A DNA stretch of 64,000 bases from an uncultured Olsenella sp. (lineage in GTDB: Bacteria; Actinomycetota; Coriobacteriia; Coriobacteriales; Atopobiaceae): positions 1,798 to 65,797 of the forward strand of contig URLM01000007.1 in NCBI GenBank assembly GCA_900548775.1. Direction: 5' to 3'. The stretch's first letter is position 1, and each line of letters starts with the position of its first letter. The notes beneath the pieces were generated by a model. The model saw nothing but the letters and a program-made list of their open reading frames with translations. It ran no database searches and was not told the origin of the DNA. Positions 18,434-34,519 of this stretch are shown here, piece by piece. The position numbers were made by a program, and so were the translations under genes.

Positions 18434-19249
18434 GTGAAGAGAAGCAAGGCATACATTGCCGCACGCAGAGATGCCATCGTCGCCCTCCTCGAGAGCAGGG
18501 GCCAGGTTGGCGTCGCCGAGCTTGCCGATCACTTTGGCGTGTCGACTCTCACCATCAGGCGCGACCTCGACTATCTGGAAGAGCGGCACGTGCTGTCTCG
18601 CCAGTACGGCACGGCCACTCTCCTCAACCCCTTGGGACGACCCTCTGGCTCCCGGCAGATTCGCGCCAACAAGGCCATCGCCCGCGAGGCGGCAAAGCAC
18701 GTTGATGACGGGGACTGCATCTTTATTAATGCGAGTTCGACCGCGCTCTCGATCATCTCCTACATCACGGCACAGGACGTGACCGTCATCACGAACAACG
18801 CGAAGGCGCTGCTTCTCACCGAGCGCCCAAATGCTTCGATCATCCTCACGGGAGGAGAGATTCGTCCACCAAAGGCGTCGATGACCGGTGAGTTCGCGCT
18901 CGAATGCGTAAAGCGCATCACCGCAACCAAGTGCTTCCTTGGCATCACGGGCCTCTCGCCCACCTATGGCCTCACGTCCGCGACTGCCCCAGAGCCCGCC
19001 GTCAACGCAATGATGCTCGAGCGGTCGCACGTGCACGTCATCGTGGCTGACTCGTCGAAGATCGGCAAGACCTCGAGCTTCCAGTTTGGTTCCACCGACG
19101 AGGTGGACCTGCTCATCACGGACTCCGGTGCAACGGACGAGCAAGTCGAGCTGCTCGAGGAGAACGGTGTCTCGGACGTCATCCGCGTCGATTTGGGGAC
19201 CGCCGCCATGCAGATGTCCGAGGAAGAGCTGGAGCAGAGAGACGTCTAG
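18434..19249 (+). CDS. DeoR/GlpR family transcriptional regulator
   Basis: ELADHFGVSTLTIRRDLDYLE HTH; KAIAREAA, VITNN, VADSSKIG. Confidence 0.93.
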   Translation: MKRSKAYIAARRDAIVALLESRGQVGVAELADHFGVSTLTIRRDLDYLEERHVLSRQYGTATLLNPLGRPSGSRQIRANKAIAREAAKHVDDGDCIFINASSTALSIISYITAQDVTVITNNAKALLLTERPNASIILTGGEIRPPKASMTGEFALECVKRITATKCFLGITGLSPTYGLTSATAPEPAVNAMMLERSHVHVIVADSSKIGKTSSFQFGSTDEVDLLITDSGATDEQVELLEENGVSDVIRVDLGTAAMQMSEEELEQRDV

Positions 19250-20121
19250 CGTTTCTCGATGCTCTTGAAGCCCTCGCCGTACGCCTCGTGGACCTCGGCG
19301 ATGACCACGATCGCGTCTGGATCAGTCTCGGCAACTATCTCCTTGAGGTGCGCCAGCTCTCCACGAGAGAGCACGCAGAAGATGACGGGTCTGAGTTCGC
19401 GGCTCCACATGCCGCGTGCCTCGAACTCCGTGCAGCCGCGGTCGAGCTCGACCATGATCTGGCGGGCGATTCTCTCGTGCTTCTCGGAGATGATGTAGGC
19501 TGCACGCTGGACGCGCGGGCCATCGACCACCGCGTCGATCACCCGGCCGCAGATGTACATTGCGATCGCGGCATAGAGCGCGTTCTCGATTGAGAAGACC
19601 GGGGCGGAGAGCGCGACGATGGCGCCGTCGACAACGATTGCCATGCTGCCGACGGATGCGCCGGTCTTTCTCGCAATGAGCTGAGCGATTATGTCCGTTC
19701 CGCCCGTGTTGCCCCCCGTGCGGAAGACCATCCCCAACCCAACGCCCGTGATAACGCCGCCCCACAAGGCGCAGAGCAGCAGGTCTCCCTCGCCCAGAAT
19801 GGGGACGAAGGGGGCAATGGCGTCGGTAAGGACACCGGACACGATGATGCCTGCTGCAGTGAGGGCCGCGTAGCGCTTGCTGCCGGACCGCACGACGTAG
19901 GCAAAGAGCAGGACGTTCATGACGATGGACTGTATGCCCACGGGGAGGTTCACCCCCGCTTGCAGCGCAAGGGCGTGAAACACTGTGGCCAGGCCGGTGA
20001 TGCCTCCTGCGGCAAGGCCGTTGGGAACCTCGAAGCAGTCGAGCCCAAAGGCAAAGAGCAGAGATCCGCCAAAGATGAGAATGGCGTCAAGCGCCACCTC
20101 ACGCACGCTTATCTTTCTCAC
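19246..20121 (-). CDS. YitT family membrane protein
   Basis: GGITGLA, GGNTGGTDIIAQ, DPDAIVVIAEVHEAYGEGF; GTG start overlaps the prfB TGA. Confidence 0.88.
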   Translation of the reverse strand: MRKISVREVALDAILIFGGSLLFAFGLDCFEVPNGLAAGGITGLATVFHALALQAGVNLPVGIQSIVMNVLLFAYVVRSGSKRYAALTAAGIIVSGVLTDAIAPFVPILGEGDLLLCALWGGVITGVGLGMVFRTGGNTGGTDIIAQLIARKTGASVGSMAIVVDGAIVALSAPVFSIENALYAAIAMYICGRVIDAVVDGPRVQRAAYIISEKHERIARQIMVELDRGCTEFEARGMWSRELRPVIFCVLSRGELAHLKEIVAETDPDAIVVIAEVHEAYGEGFKSIEKR

Positions 20122-21233
20122 TGCTCCGGCCTCCCGGCAAGCACCCACCGGTGATAGGCGATGATGAACTTGTCGAGGTCGCCGTCCTGGAGAACCGAGT
20201 CCACGTTGCCAGTCTCAACCCCCGTGCGCAGGTCTTTCACGAGCTGGTAGGGGTAGAGAACGTAGCTCCTGATCTGGTTGCCAAAGCCAATCTCGTGCTT
20301 GGGACCGCGAAGCTCATCCAGCTCGGCGGCGCGCTTCTCGAGCTCCATCTCATAGAGGCGGCTGCGCAGGATCTTCATCGCAAAGGCCTTGTTCTGGAGC
20401 TGGCTGCGCTCGTTCTGGCAGGTCACCACGGTGCCAGTGGGAATGTGCGTGATGCGCACGGCGGAATCAGTGGTGTTGACACCCTGCCCACCATGGCCGG
20501 TGGCGTGGTAGACGTCGATGCGCAGGTCCTTGGGGTCGATATCGACCTCGATGTCATCGGGCAGAACCGGAAGGACCTCAACGCCGGCGAACGTCGTCTG
20601 TCGGCGCTTCTTCTCGTCTGTGGGCGAGATGCGCACAAGGCGATGCACGCCCTGCTCGGCGCGAAGCATGCCGTAGGCGTTGTGCCCATGCACCGTGAAG
20701 GTGGCGTGATCAATACCAATGACCTCGGCCTGGGGCGCGTCGTTGACGTCCACCGACCAACCGCGCCTGTCGCAGTAGCGCAGGTACATGCGGAAAAGCA
20801 TGCCGCACCAGTCCTGCGCTTCGAGGCCACCCTGGCCGGGGGTCACCGTCACGATGGCGTCACCGTGGTCAAGATCATCCGTGAACCAGCTGGAAAGCTC
20901 GAGCTCCGTAAGGTCTTGCTCGAGCGAGCTGGCGATAGAGGCAGACTCGGCGAGAAGGTCGTCATCCGCCGTCTCCTCGCCTAGCTCGAGCGCGGCACGA
21001 GCGTCTTCGAGCTTGGCACGGGCGGCATCTATGCCCGCAACGTCAGACTTCGCGCTCGCGAGCCTCGCCATGGTCTCGCGAGCTGCGTTAGCGTCATCCC
21101 AGAAGCCTGGGGCTGCGCTCTCCTGCTCGAGCTGCGAGACGGTGCCCCTCAATTCGTCAACGTGGAGGTAGCCCTCGACCTCGTCAAGCCTCGATGACAA
21201 GGCGTCGAGCGTAGTGCTATCGATGTCTGCCAT
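20118..21233 (-). CDS. prfB: Peptide chain release factor 2 (continuous ORF, SPT discriminator)
   Basis: GGLEAQDW, EQGVHRLVRISPTD, GGQGVNTTDSAVR, GNQIRSYVLYPYQLVKD; downstream of secA. Confidence 0.96.
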   Translation of the reverse strand: MADIDSTTLDALSSRLDEVEGYLHVDELRGTVSQLEQESAAPGFWDDANAARETMARLASAKSDVAGIDAARAKLEDARAALELGEETADDDLLAESASIASSLEQDLTELELSSWFTDDLDHGDAIVTVTPGQGGLEAQDWCGMLFRMYLRYCDRRGWSVDVNDAPQAEVIGIDHATFTVHGHNAYGMLRAEQGVHRLVRISPTDEKKRRQTTFAGVEVLPVLPDDIEVDIDPKDLRIDVYHATGHGGQGVNTTDSAVRITHIPTGTVVTCQNERSQLQNKAFAMKILRSRLYEMELEKRAAELDELRGPKHEIGFGNQIRSYVLYPYQLVKDLRTGVETGNVDSVLQDGDLDKFIIAYHRWVLAGRPEQ

Positions 21234-21235
21234 GG

Positions 21236-24034
<2,799 letters not shown>

Positions 24035-24216
24035 GAGCAATCCTTCGCACTTTTATTGATGGGCGGTGACCATCCACCGACGCATGCGTTTTTCACTTTA
24101 CCCATAGCAAACTCACCATGGCAGCCAGGGACGTGGTCTCACCAAAAGCGCACTGTAACTGTCGGTGTTATTCGCGCAGAGAGGTTTCCAGGAGTCATCG
24201 AGCGGATCCCAAAGGG

Positions 24217-24616
24217 ACCCTCCGGCGAGAAATACTCGCCGGGAGACGGGTTCCCGCAGCAATCCCGTCCAAAGTGAGCCCTCCGGCGTCGATTTCTCGC
24301 CGGAGGGCGCGTTTCCGCGGCCGCAGGGGAACGCGGAGGCTCCTGAGGCTCTCGCACCGCGCCTTCCGACCCCAGCCCGAGCCCCCACCGATACACGTTC
24401 GTGCCCGAACGTGTGACCCGCGCAGGTCGATACAGGTTCGGGGCACGAATGCGTATCGCCCCGGGTCGTCGCTGCGGGGGCCTCTCGCCGGAGGGCGCGT
24501 TTCCGCGGCCGCGGCGTGCGGAGCCCCCGCTCCGGCGCCATTTCGGCGCCGGAGGATGGGTTCCCGCGGGAATCGCGTCCAAAGCGAGGCCTCCGGCGAG
24601 AAAAACTCGCCGGAAG
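24217..24616. repeat. 61-bp-period palindromic array (cluster B) interrupted by a nested inverted repeat
   Basis: CCGGCG-N9-CGCCGG cores at 24222, 24283, about 24471 (left arm degenerate), 24532 and 24593; an exact 30-bp direct repeat at 24295-24324 and 24483-24512; an inverted repeat at 24389-24458. Confidence 0.85.
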
Positions 24617-24629
24617 ATGAATCATGGAT

Positions 24630-27626
24630 TTAGCTCGCGAGCGTCCCATCCTGGAGATTGCCTGAGCCGTCCTCCTCGCGAAATCCCTCGCCCGCAGCCC
24701 TCCTCAGACGCTTTGGAGGGGGCATATGCGTTCGGTCGGCAAAACGGGCCGCATACCTCTTGTATCGTTGCTCCGCCTCGAAAACCCGTCCGCTTGCTCT
24801 CAGCGCTTGGATAAGCACCTCGACTGCGTCTTCTCGAAGGTCGTCCGCCGTCGTTGCTTCATCTGCGAGCCGGGCAGCTATCCGATACCGCTGGAGTCTT
24901 AGGGCAGCCTCGGCGCCAACTACCATGGTATCGGCATACAGCTCCCTGAACTCCAGACGCCGCGAGACCACATACCCGGAAACGTCTCTTGTCGGAACAA
25001 AGAGGTCCCCCGAGTAGAGCTTCTCGGCCCTCAACGCCGCCTCCAAGGTCTGCACGTCTTCCCCCTCCGATGCCAGTGCCTTGTTTGCAGCGTCCGCAAA
25101 CTCCACGAAGTCGCATTCAAACAGCGCGGGATTCAGGGAGACGGACTTGTCTCCCCACCCCGAAAGGAAGGGGTCCACCCCACGGGCAACAGCCCCCACC
25201 TCGCGTCTAATCGTGCTTGTCGCCTGGTAAATTCTTTCGAGACCAGCTTTGTAGTCGCAGTCCGGCCAGAGCTGCTCGACAATCTCAAACCTCTTCACCG
25301 ACAGCTTTGGGTGCAGGGCGACAAACACGAGCATCGCCTTGGCGGAACGCCGCTCGATTCGCCATTCCGGAACCGGCTCTCCATCGGCATACAGTGAGAA
25401 GCCACCGAGCAGGCAGAGTCTGAGGCGAGGACACGCGTCCGGCTCAGGAGGCTCATCCTCACTACCGGAACTCGGGAGATCCCTTCTCGGCTTCATGACG
25501 CTTCCGCCAGCTTGCTTGCCCACGTCGATTGGCTTCATCACCGGCATCCACGCTCGCGGAACAAGGGTGCCCATTCGCTGCGCAAAAACCCCCTCCCCGG
25601 AGACGAGAACCCTGAGGAGCCAGGCTTCGTCGCTCGGCATGGCCACATCCTCGAGCATGCGCAAGGCCTCCGGCGACGAATCACTTCCCTCGGATGCGAG
25701 GCGAACCATCCTCGCGATGACAGAAAGCCCCTCGGTGTCGCAGATGTCCTCCCAGTCGGGGGGATATCCCTCGCCACCAGTCCCTGCGCCTGCCGCCGCC
25801 TTGCATAGAACGCTCGCTTCGGCCTCGAGATGAGAGAAATTCGCACGCCCAGCAGCCGCAGCGGCAATTGCGCTCCTCATGCGGGCACCGCGATAATCGC
25901 TCATGAGGTATGCTGCAGCGGCACACATCACCAATGTCGCTACGCGAATCAGCTCGTTGCCCGCGCGTTCTGCTTCGTTCACCAGGACATCCATGGAGGC
26001 AAGATCACTAGAACCGTGGGCGAGAGCGTCTAGTGCAAGCAGAAACGTGCTTTCGTCGCGTATCGCAGAGAAGCCCTCCCGCTCGAGGAAGCCGCTAGTG
26101 TCTGGGTGCGAATCGTCCTTCTCTGCCTGGTCACCAAGAAGCACGCGTGCGATTGAGGCGTCAAGTCGAAGGAGTGCGGAGGCAAGCGAGTCCTCTGGAC
26201 TCGAGAACACATACTGTCCGACTATGCGCTGAACAGCACCGGGACGGCCATCCCGTAGCAGCTGAACGGCTTGAAGGTGCACGGCGAGGCCCTCGGACTG
26301 CCCAGTGCCACCGGATGGTACCGAAATGCGCTCCCCGGCGAGCACGGCACGGCAGCCCACCAGAAGGGCGCCAAGATTCTGGGTGCCCGTATGAGGCAGC
26401 GAGTCGTCGCTTTGCGGGCACAACCACGCCCCTGACAGCCTGTACCCCCTGTCACCGAGAGCTGACAGCACAGACCTTGCGCATTCTGCTGTCTCGGGCG
26501 CAACAAGCGACTGAGCTTGCGCCGGACCAAGCATCCTGCGAACAAGACCGACCTCGCCTGCGCAGACAAAGTCCTCGGAACGTCCAACGACTGTCGCAAT
26601 GGCAGTCGCTGATGGCGCGATGCGGGCGACAAGGGCCGCTCGTGCGTACTCTCCCCTGTCAACCAGCACACCGATGACAGCATCAAACACAGGCCTCCAG
26701 GCAGATGCTTTAGGGGAAAGTGCAGGAGCGCTCGCACTCAAGCCATCGAGGGTGTCGACGCCGTAGCAGCGAAAAGAGGCATCATGGCAAGAAACGCCCA
26801 GCATGGGAGCAAAGCGTTCGAGCCCCATGGCAACTTCCGAGGGATTAACGCAGGTAACGCCAGCGACATCCTCGAAAGTACCGCGCCCTAGGAGGATCAT
26901 GGCAAGACGAACAGAGAGTTCGTCATCCAAGAGGCCAGAACGCAGCGTTGCGCCCACCAGACGTCCTAACGTCTCGAAGTATGTGCTCCCTGCAACAAGT
27001 CGATCTAAATGCGAGCCCCCATTGTCACGCAGCAGAGCAATCGCGAGAGATGGTATGCCACCGGTGAGTGAACGTGCGTCGTAAAGAGGATCGCCTGGCC
27101 CAAGTTCGAGGATGTCAGTAACAAGCATATCTCTCGAGAGCACGTAAATGGCACCAGAAAGCCTTTCTGCCAAAAGCTCGTTCTCTGGCAGGACCGAGAC
27201 GGCAACTACTGCGCCTGCCGTAACCATCCTCAATATGAGGGAGACATCCCTGTCGACATCCAAATCATCCCCGGGAGGAACGTCGTCAAGGCCAACGTAG
27301 ACCTCCTTTCCAGAAAGCCTCTCGCGTTCGACTTGGCGAGTGAGCCGTGAAAGCCTTTTGGAAACTAAAGCGGGATCAACTCCGCGCAGACGCAAAAGAT
27401 GAGAGGCACTGGTTTGCGAGTTAGAGCCAACAAGCGAACGCAAGGCAAAGGTTTTGCCCACACCCGGCTCGGCGCACATGACAAGTAGGTTTGCAGACCG
27501 CGAATAAGAGAGAAACGAAGAGACGGCCCGAGGCACCAAGTCCCAGGATGCACACCTATCGTACAGATCACAAGGCTTTTCCTCGGCAGGAGGTATGGCC
27601 AAGGAACGATTGAGGTTCACACTCAC
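24630..27626 (-). CDS. Large regulator: MalT-like N-terminal P-loop NTPase plus C-terminal OmpR-type wHTH and BTAD (SARP-like) domains
   Basis: AEPGVGKT (Walker A) and VGLDD (Walker B-like); C-terminal LRLCLLGGFSL...IVEQLWPD...ATSTIRR and BTAD-like LYSGDLF...DDLREDAVEVLIQALRASGR. Confidence 0.8.
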   Translation of the reverse strand: MSVNLNRSLAIPPAEEKPCDLYDRCASWDLVPRAVSSFLSYSRSANLLVMCAEPGVGKTFALRSLVGSNSQTSASHLLRLRGVDPALVSKRLSRLTRQVERERLSGKEVYVGLDDVPPGDDLDVDRDVSLILRMVTAGAVVAVSVLPENELLAERLSGAIYVLSRDMLVTDILELGPGDPLYDARSLTGGIPSLAIALLRDNGGSHLDRLVAGSTYFETLGRLVGATLRSGLLDDELSVRLAMILLGRGTFEDVAGVTCVNPSEVAMGLERFAPMLGVSCHDASFRCYGVDTLDGLSASAPALSPKASAWRPVFDAVIGVLVDRGEYARAALVARIAPSATAIATVVGRSEDFVCAGEVGLVRRMLGPAQAQSLVAPETAECARSVLSALGDRGYRLSGAWLCPQSDDSLPHTGTQNLGALLVGCRAVLAGERISVPSGGTGQSEGLAVHLQAVQLLRDGRPGAVQRIVGQYVFSSPEDSLASALLRLDASIARVLLGDQAEKDDSHPDTSGFLEREGFSAIRDESTFLLALDALAHGSSDLASMDVLVNEAERAGNELIRVATLVMCAAAAYLMSDYRGARMRSAIAAAAAGRANFSHLEAEASVLCKAAAGAGTGGEGYPPDWEDICDTEGLSVIARMVRLASEGSDSSPEALRMLEDVAMPSDEAWLLRVLVSGEGVFAQRMGTLVPRAWMPVMKPIDVGKQAGGSVMKPRRDLPSSGSEDEPPEPDACPRLRLCLLGGFSLYADGEPVPEWRIERRSAKAMLVFVALHPKLSVKRFEIVEQLWPDCDYKAGLERIYQATSTIRREVGAVARGVDPFLSGWGDKSVSLNPALFECDFVEFADAANKALASEGEDVQTLEAALRAEKLYSGDLFVPTRDVSGYVVSRRLEFRELYADTMVVGAEAALRLQRYRIAARLADEATTADDLREDAVEVLIQALRASGRVFEAEQRYKRYAARFADRTHMPPPKRLRRAAGEGFREEDGSGNLQDGTLAS

Positions 27627-27847
27627 GATTCAACACCTCACCAAGATAGTTCGACAGCGATGGCGATGAGGGCCCCAAATCATCGCCCAAATAAAACCGG
27701 TGACCGAAACCTATCATTGGTATTTATCTATATTGCGAGAAACCGGGTGAACGGCAAACAAATTGTGTCAGAAAGCTGCAAGATTCCTGTAAGGCGAGCA
27801 GTACTGACACGAGCCAATAACAAGCAACTGCGGAATTTATACGAAGA

Positions 27848-27878
27848 GAGGGGCCCCGCGCTCGGCGCGGGGCCCCTC
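27848..27878 (-). terminator. rRNA operon terminator hairpin
   Basis: Perfect 14-bp stem GAGGGGCCCCGCGC-TCG-GCGCGGGGCCCCTC downstream of 5S. Confidence 0.75.
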
Positions 27879-27898
27879 CTGGCGAAAACGCCCCCAGT

Positions 27899-28017
27899 CG
27901 GCCAGCGGCGTCCTGGTCTCCCACGGGCTTACCCCGCAGTACAATCGGCGCTCGGGGGCTTAACTTCCGGGTTCGGGATGGGACCGGGTGTGCCTCCCCT
28001 GCCATGGCCGCTGGCCG
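27899..28017 (-). rRNA. rrf: 5S ribosomal RNA (ends approximate)
   Basis: CACCCGGTCCCATCCCGAACCCGGAAGTTAAG and terminal GGCCAGCGG/CCGCTGGCC pairing. Confidence 0.95.
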
Positions 28018-28116
28018 TCTGGGGGCGTTCTGCCTCCGGGGTGGCCCGGCCGCGCCCTGGGGGCCGCACAGCGCGCGCAAGCAAGACCCCCCGGGACCGC
28101 CCATGGGAAGGGCATG

Positions 28117-31052
<2,936 letters not shown>

Positions 31053-31284
31053 GCCGGCATCGGCCGGCGCCCTTCGTTCTCACGTAATCAATCGTGCATG
31101 ATGCGATCCACTAAATTGGAGAATCTTCGCTTGCGTCACGCTATGCGGCTCTCAGGGTGCGGCGGGGGCTCGCCCCGGGGACCGGATGCCGTGCGCCCCT
31201 GGGGCGCGGCGAAGGTGGCCAGCGTGCGTGGTCCGTGACGGGACCCGTCCGTCTGTCCGTAATCTCTCTCTTCGGGTGTCTCCC

Positions 31285-32802
<1,518 letters not shown>

Positions 32803-33033
32803 GAGCGCCGCATCGCTGCGGCGTCGTGTCTCCGATGCGACGGATGTCCGGGTCCCACTCCAAGACCACGCTGATCTCGGACTTCACTGGAATCGACTCG
32901 GCGCCGTGCTCTCGCACGGCATTCGAGCATCGCTAGTCTGTCCTTCGTCGTCCGATCTCTCGGACACGGTATCCGGTTCTCAGGGTGCCCCGCGGCGCCA
33001 TCCCGTGTGGGGCGCGGCGCCGCGCGAGGAAGA

Positions 33034-33062
33034 AATATACGCCCCCCGGGGACGGGTGGGAA
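33034..33062 (-). promoter_or_regulatory. Putative rRNA promoter (-35 TTCCCA, 17 bp, -10 TATATT)
   Basis: Sigma70-like boxes with 17-bp spacing about 230 bp upstream of 16S. Confidence 0.55.
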
Positions 33063-33103
33063 GGGGGGTGCGGGCGTCTCCACACACCCTCCACATGCGG
33101 GGC

Positions 33104-34519
33104 TCACGCCCCGGCGCGCACCATCCCGCACGAGGCGTCCAGGAGGCGGTCGCGCTCCCCCTCGGTGGGGGCCTCCGAGTACACCCTCACCACGGGGTCG
33201 GACCTGGACGGGCGCATGAGTACCCAGGAGCCGTCGTCGAACTGGAGGCGCAGGCCGTCGGCGTGGCTTACCTCGACTGGTCGGCGACCCGCCACCAAGC
33301 CTGGGTTCAAACCGGGGAGCACGTTGCGGAAGGCCTGCGTTGCCGCAGGGTCCAGCCGCACGTCGCGACGGGTGTAGCGCATGTGGCCGATCTTGTCGCC
33401 CATGCTGCTCACGAGCTGCCGCACGGACAACCCGCTCTTTGCCACCAGCTCTACTACGAGCAGACAGGCGAGCAGGCCGTCGCGCTCGGGGAGGTGGGAG
33501 GGGAAGGCAAGTCCGCCGTACTCCTCCGCGCCAAGCACCACATCACCCTCACGCATTTCTCTATATATGCGTGAGAAGCCAACGGGAACGGAGGTAAGTT
33601 CGCAGCCCAAGCGTTCCGCTTGGCGCGCAATGCGAGCCGAGCACGTGAGGGTGACCACGACCCTGCCTGATTCGCCGCGGTTCTCGACCAGATGACCCAA
33701 CACCAGCGGCGAAAGCTCGTGCGGCAGCAAGATGTTGCCATTCTCGTCGACTACGCCCGCACGATCTCCGTCGCAGTCGATAAGGAAGCCCATGCTCGCG
33801 CCTTTCGAGGAGACGACTTCCTCGCACTCGTCCGCCCACGGGTCGCAGGGCTCGGGATGGAGTCCACAAAAATCCTCGCAAGGGTCTCCGTGAATCTCTG
33901 TCACCTGGCAGCCCAGCCGCCCCAGTGCCTGTGCGAGCACACCAGAGCCAGCCCCGTACATGGGGTCAACCACAACGCTGAGGCTGGCGGACGCAATGGC
34001 AGGGCCGTCCACGAGTGTGACAAGATCGTCTAGGTAGGGGCCGACGAAATTCTCCGTCTGGAACTCTCCGCTATCCGCAGGCGGCTCCAGAGAGATGTGC
34101 TGCTCGACCGCATCGAGAAACTCGCGCGACACGGGACCGCCATCCGCCCCGCGGACGATCAGGCCGCCGTACTCGCAGGAACGCTCGCTTGCCGTGAGCA
34201 TGACAACGCCCACGGCGTCATCTCTCTTTGAGCAGCACCACGACACGCAAGGCGTGGGGCATGGCCTGTCTGAGACGACAGCGCGAAGGCCAAACGACGC
34301 AAGCACGCCCGCGGCCACACGCGCATACTCCGCAGAGTTATGGCGCGTATCGTAGCCAACGAGAACCGTGGCCCCCGGGTGCGTCTCAGCCCAGAGAAGG
34401 CCGAGCGCGTCGGCGACGCGCCTGATGCCGACCTCGTCAAAGCCATCATCCAGGCGTGCCTGCCAACCGTCGGCACCAAAGCGAATTATGTTCGAGCGCC
34501 TATCCAAGAGCCTCGTCAC
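33104..34519 (-). CDS. Alpha-D-phosphohexomutase family protein (PGM/PMM-like) with divergent active site; start GTG 34519 or TTG 34507
   Basis: IRFGADGW, VGYDTR, TASERS, DCDGDR, AEEYGG, ERDGL, RPSRSDPVVRVYSEA. Confidence 0.82.
   Translation of the reverse strand: MTRLLDRRSNIIRFGADGWQARLDDGFDEVGIRRVADALGLLWAETHPGATVLVGYDTRHNSAEYARVAAGVLASFGLRAVVSDRPCPTPCVSWCCSKRDDAVGVVMLTASERSCEYGGLIVRGADGGPVSREFLDAVEQHISLEPPADSGEFQTENFVGPYLDDLVTLVDGPAIASASLSVVVDPMYGAGSGVLAQALGRLGCQVTEIHGDPCEDFCGLHPEPCDPWADECEEVVSSKGASMGFLIDCDGDRAGVVDENGNILLPHELSPLVLGHLVENRGESGRVVVTLTCSARIARQAERLGCELTSVPVGFSRIYREMREGDVVLGAEEYGGLAFPSHLPERDGLLACLLVVELVAKSGLSVRQLVSSMGDKIGHMRYTRRDVRLDPAATQAFRNVLPGLNPGLVAGRRPVEVSHADGLRLQFDDGSWVLMRPSRSDPVVRVYSEAPTEGERDRLLDASCGMVRAGA

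Noticed and set aside
21150..21180. Programmed +1 frameshift in prfB
   Set aside because: The equivalent position reads GGC TAC CTC CAC with no CTT-TGA site, and the ORF is continuous. Absence is common in Actinobacteria.
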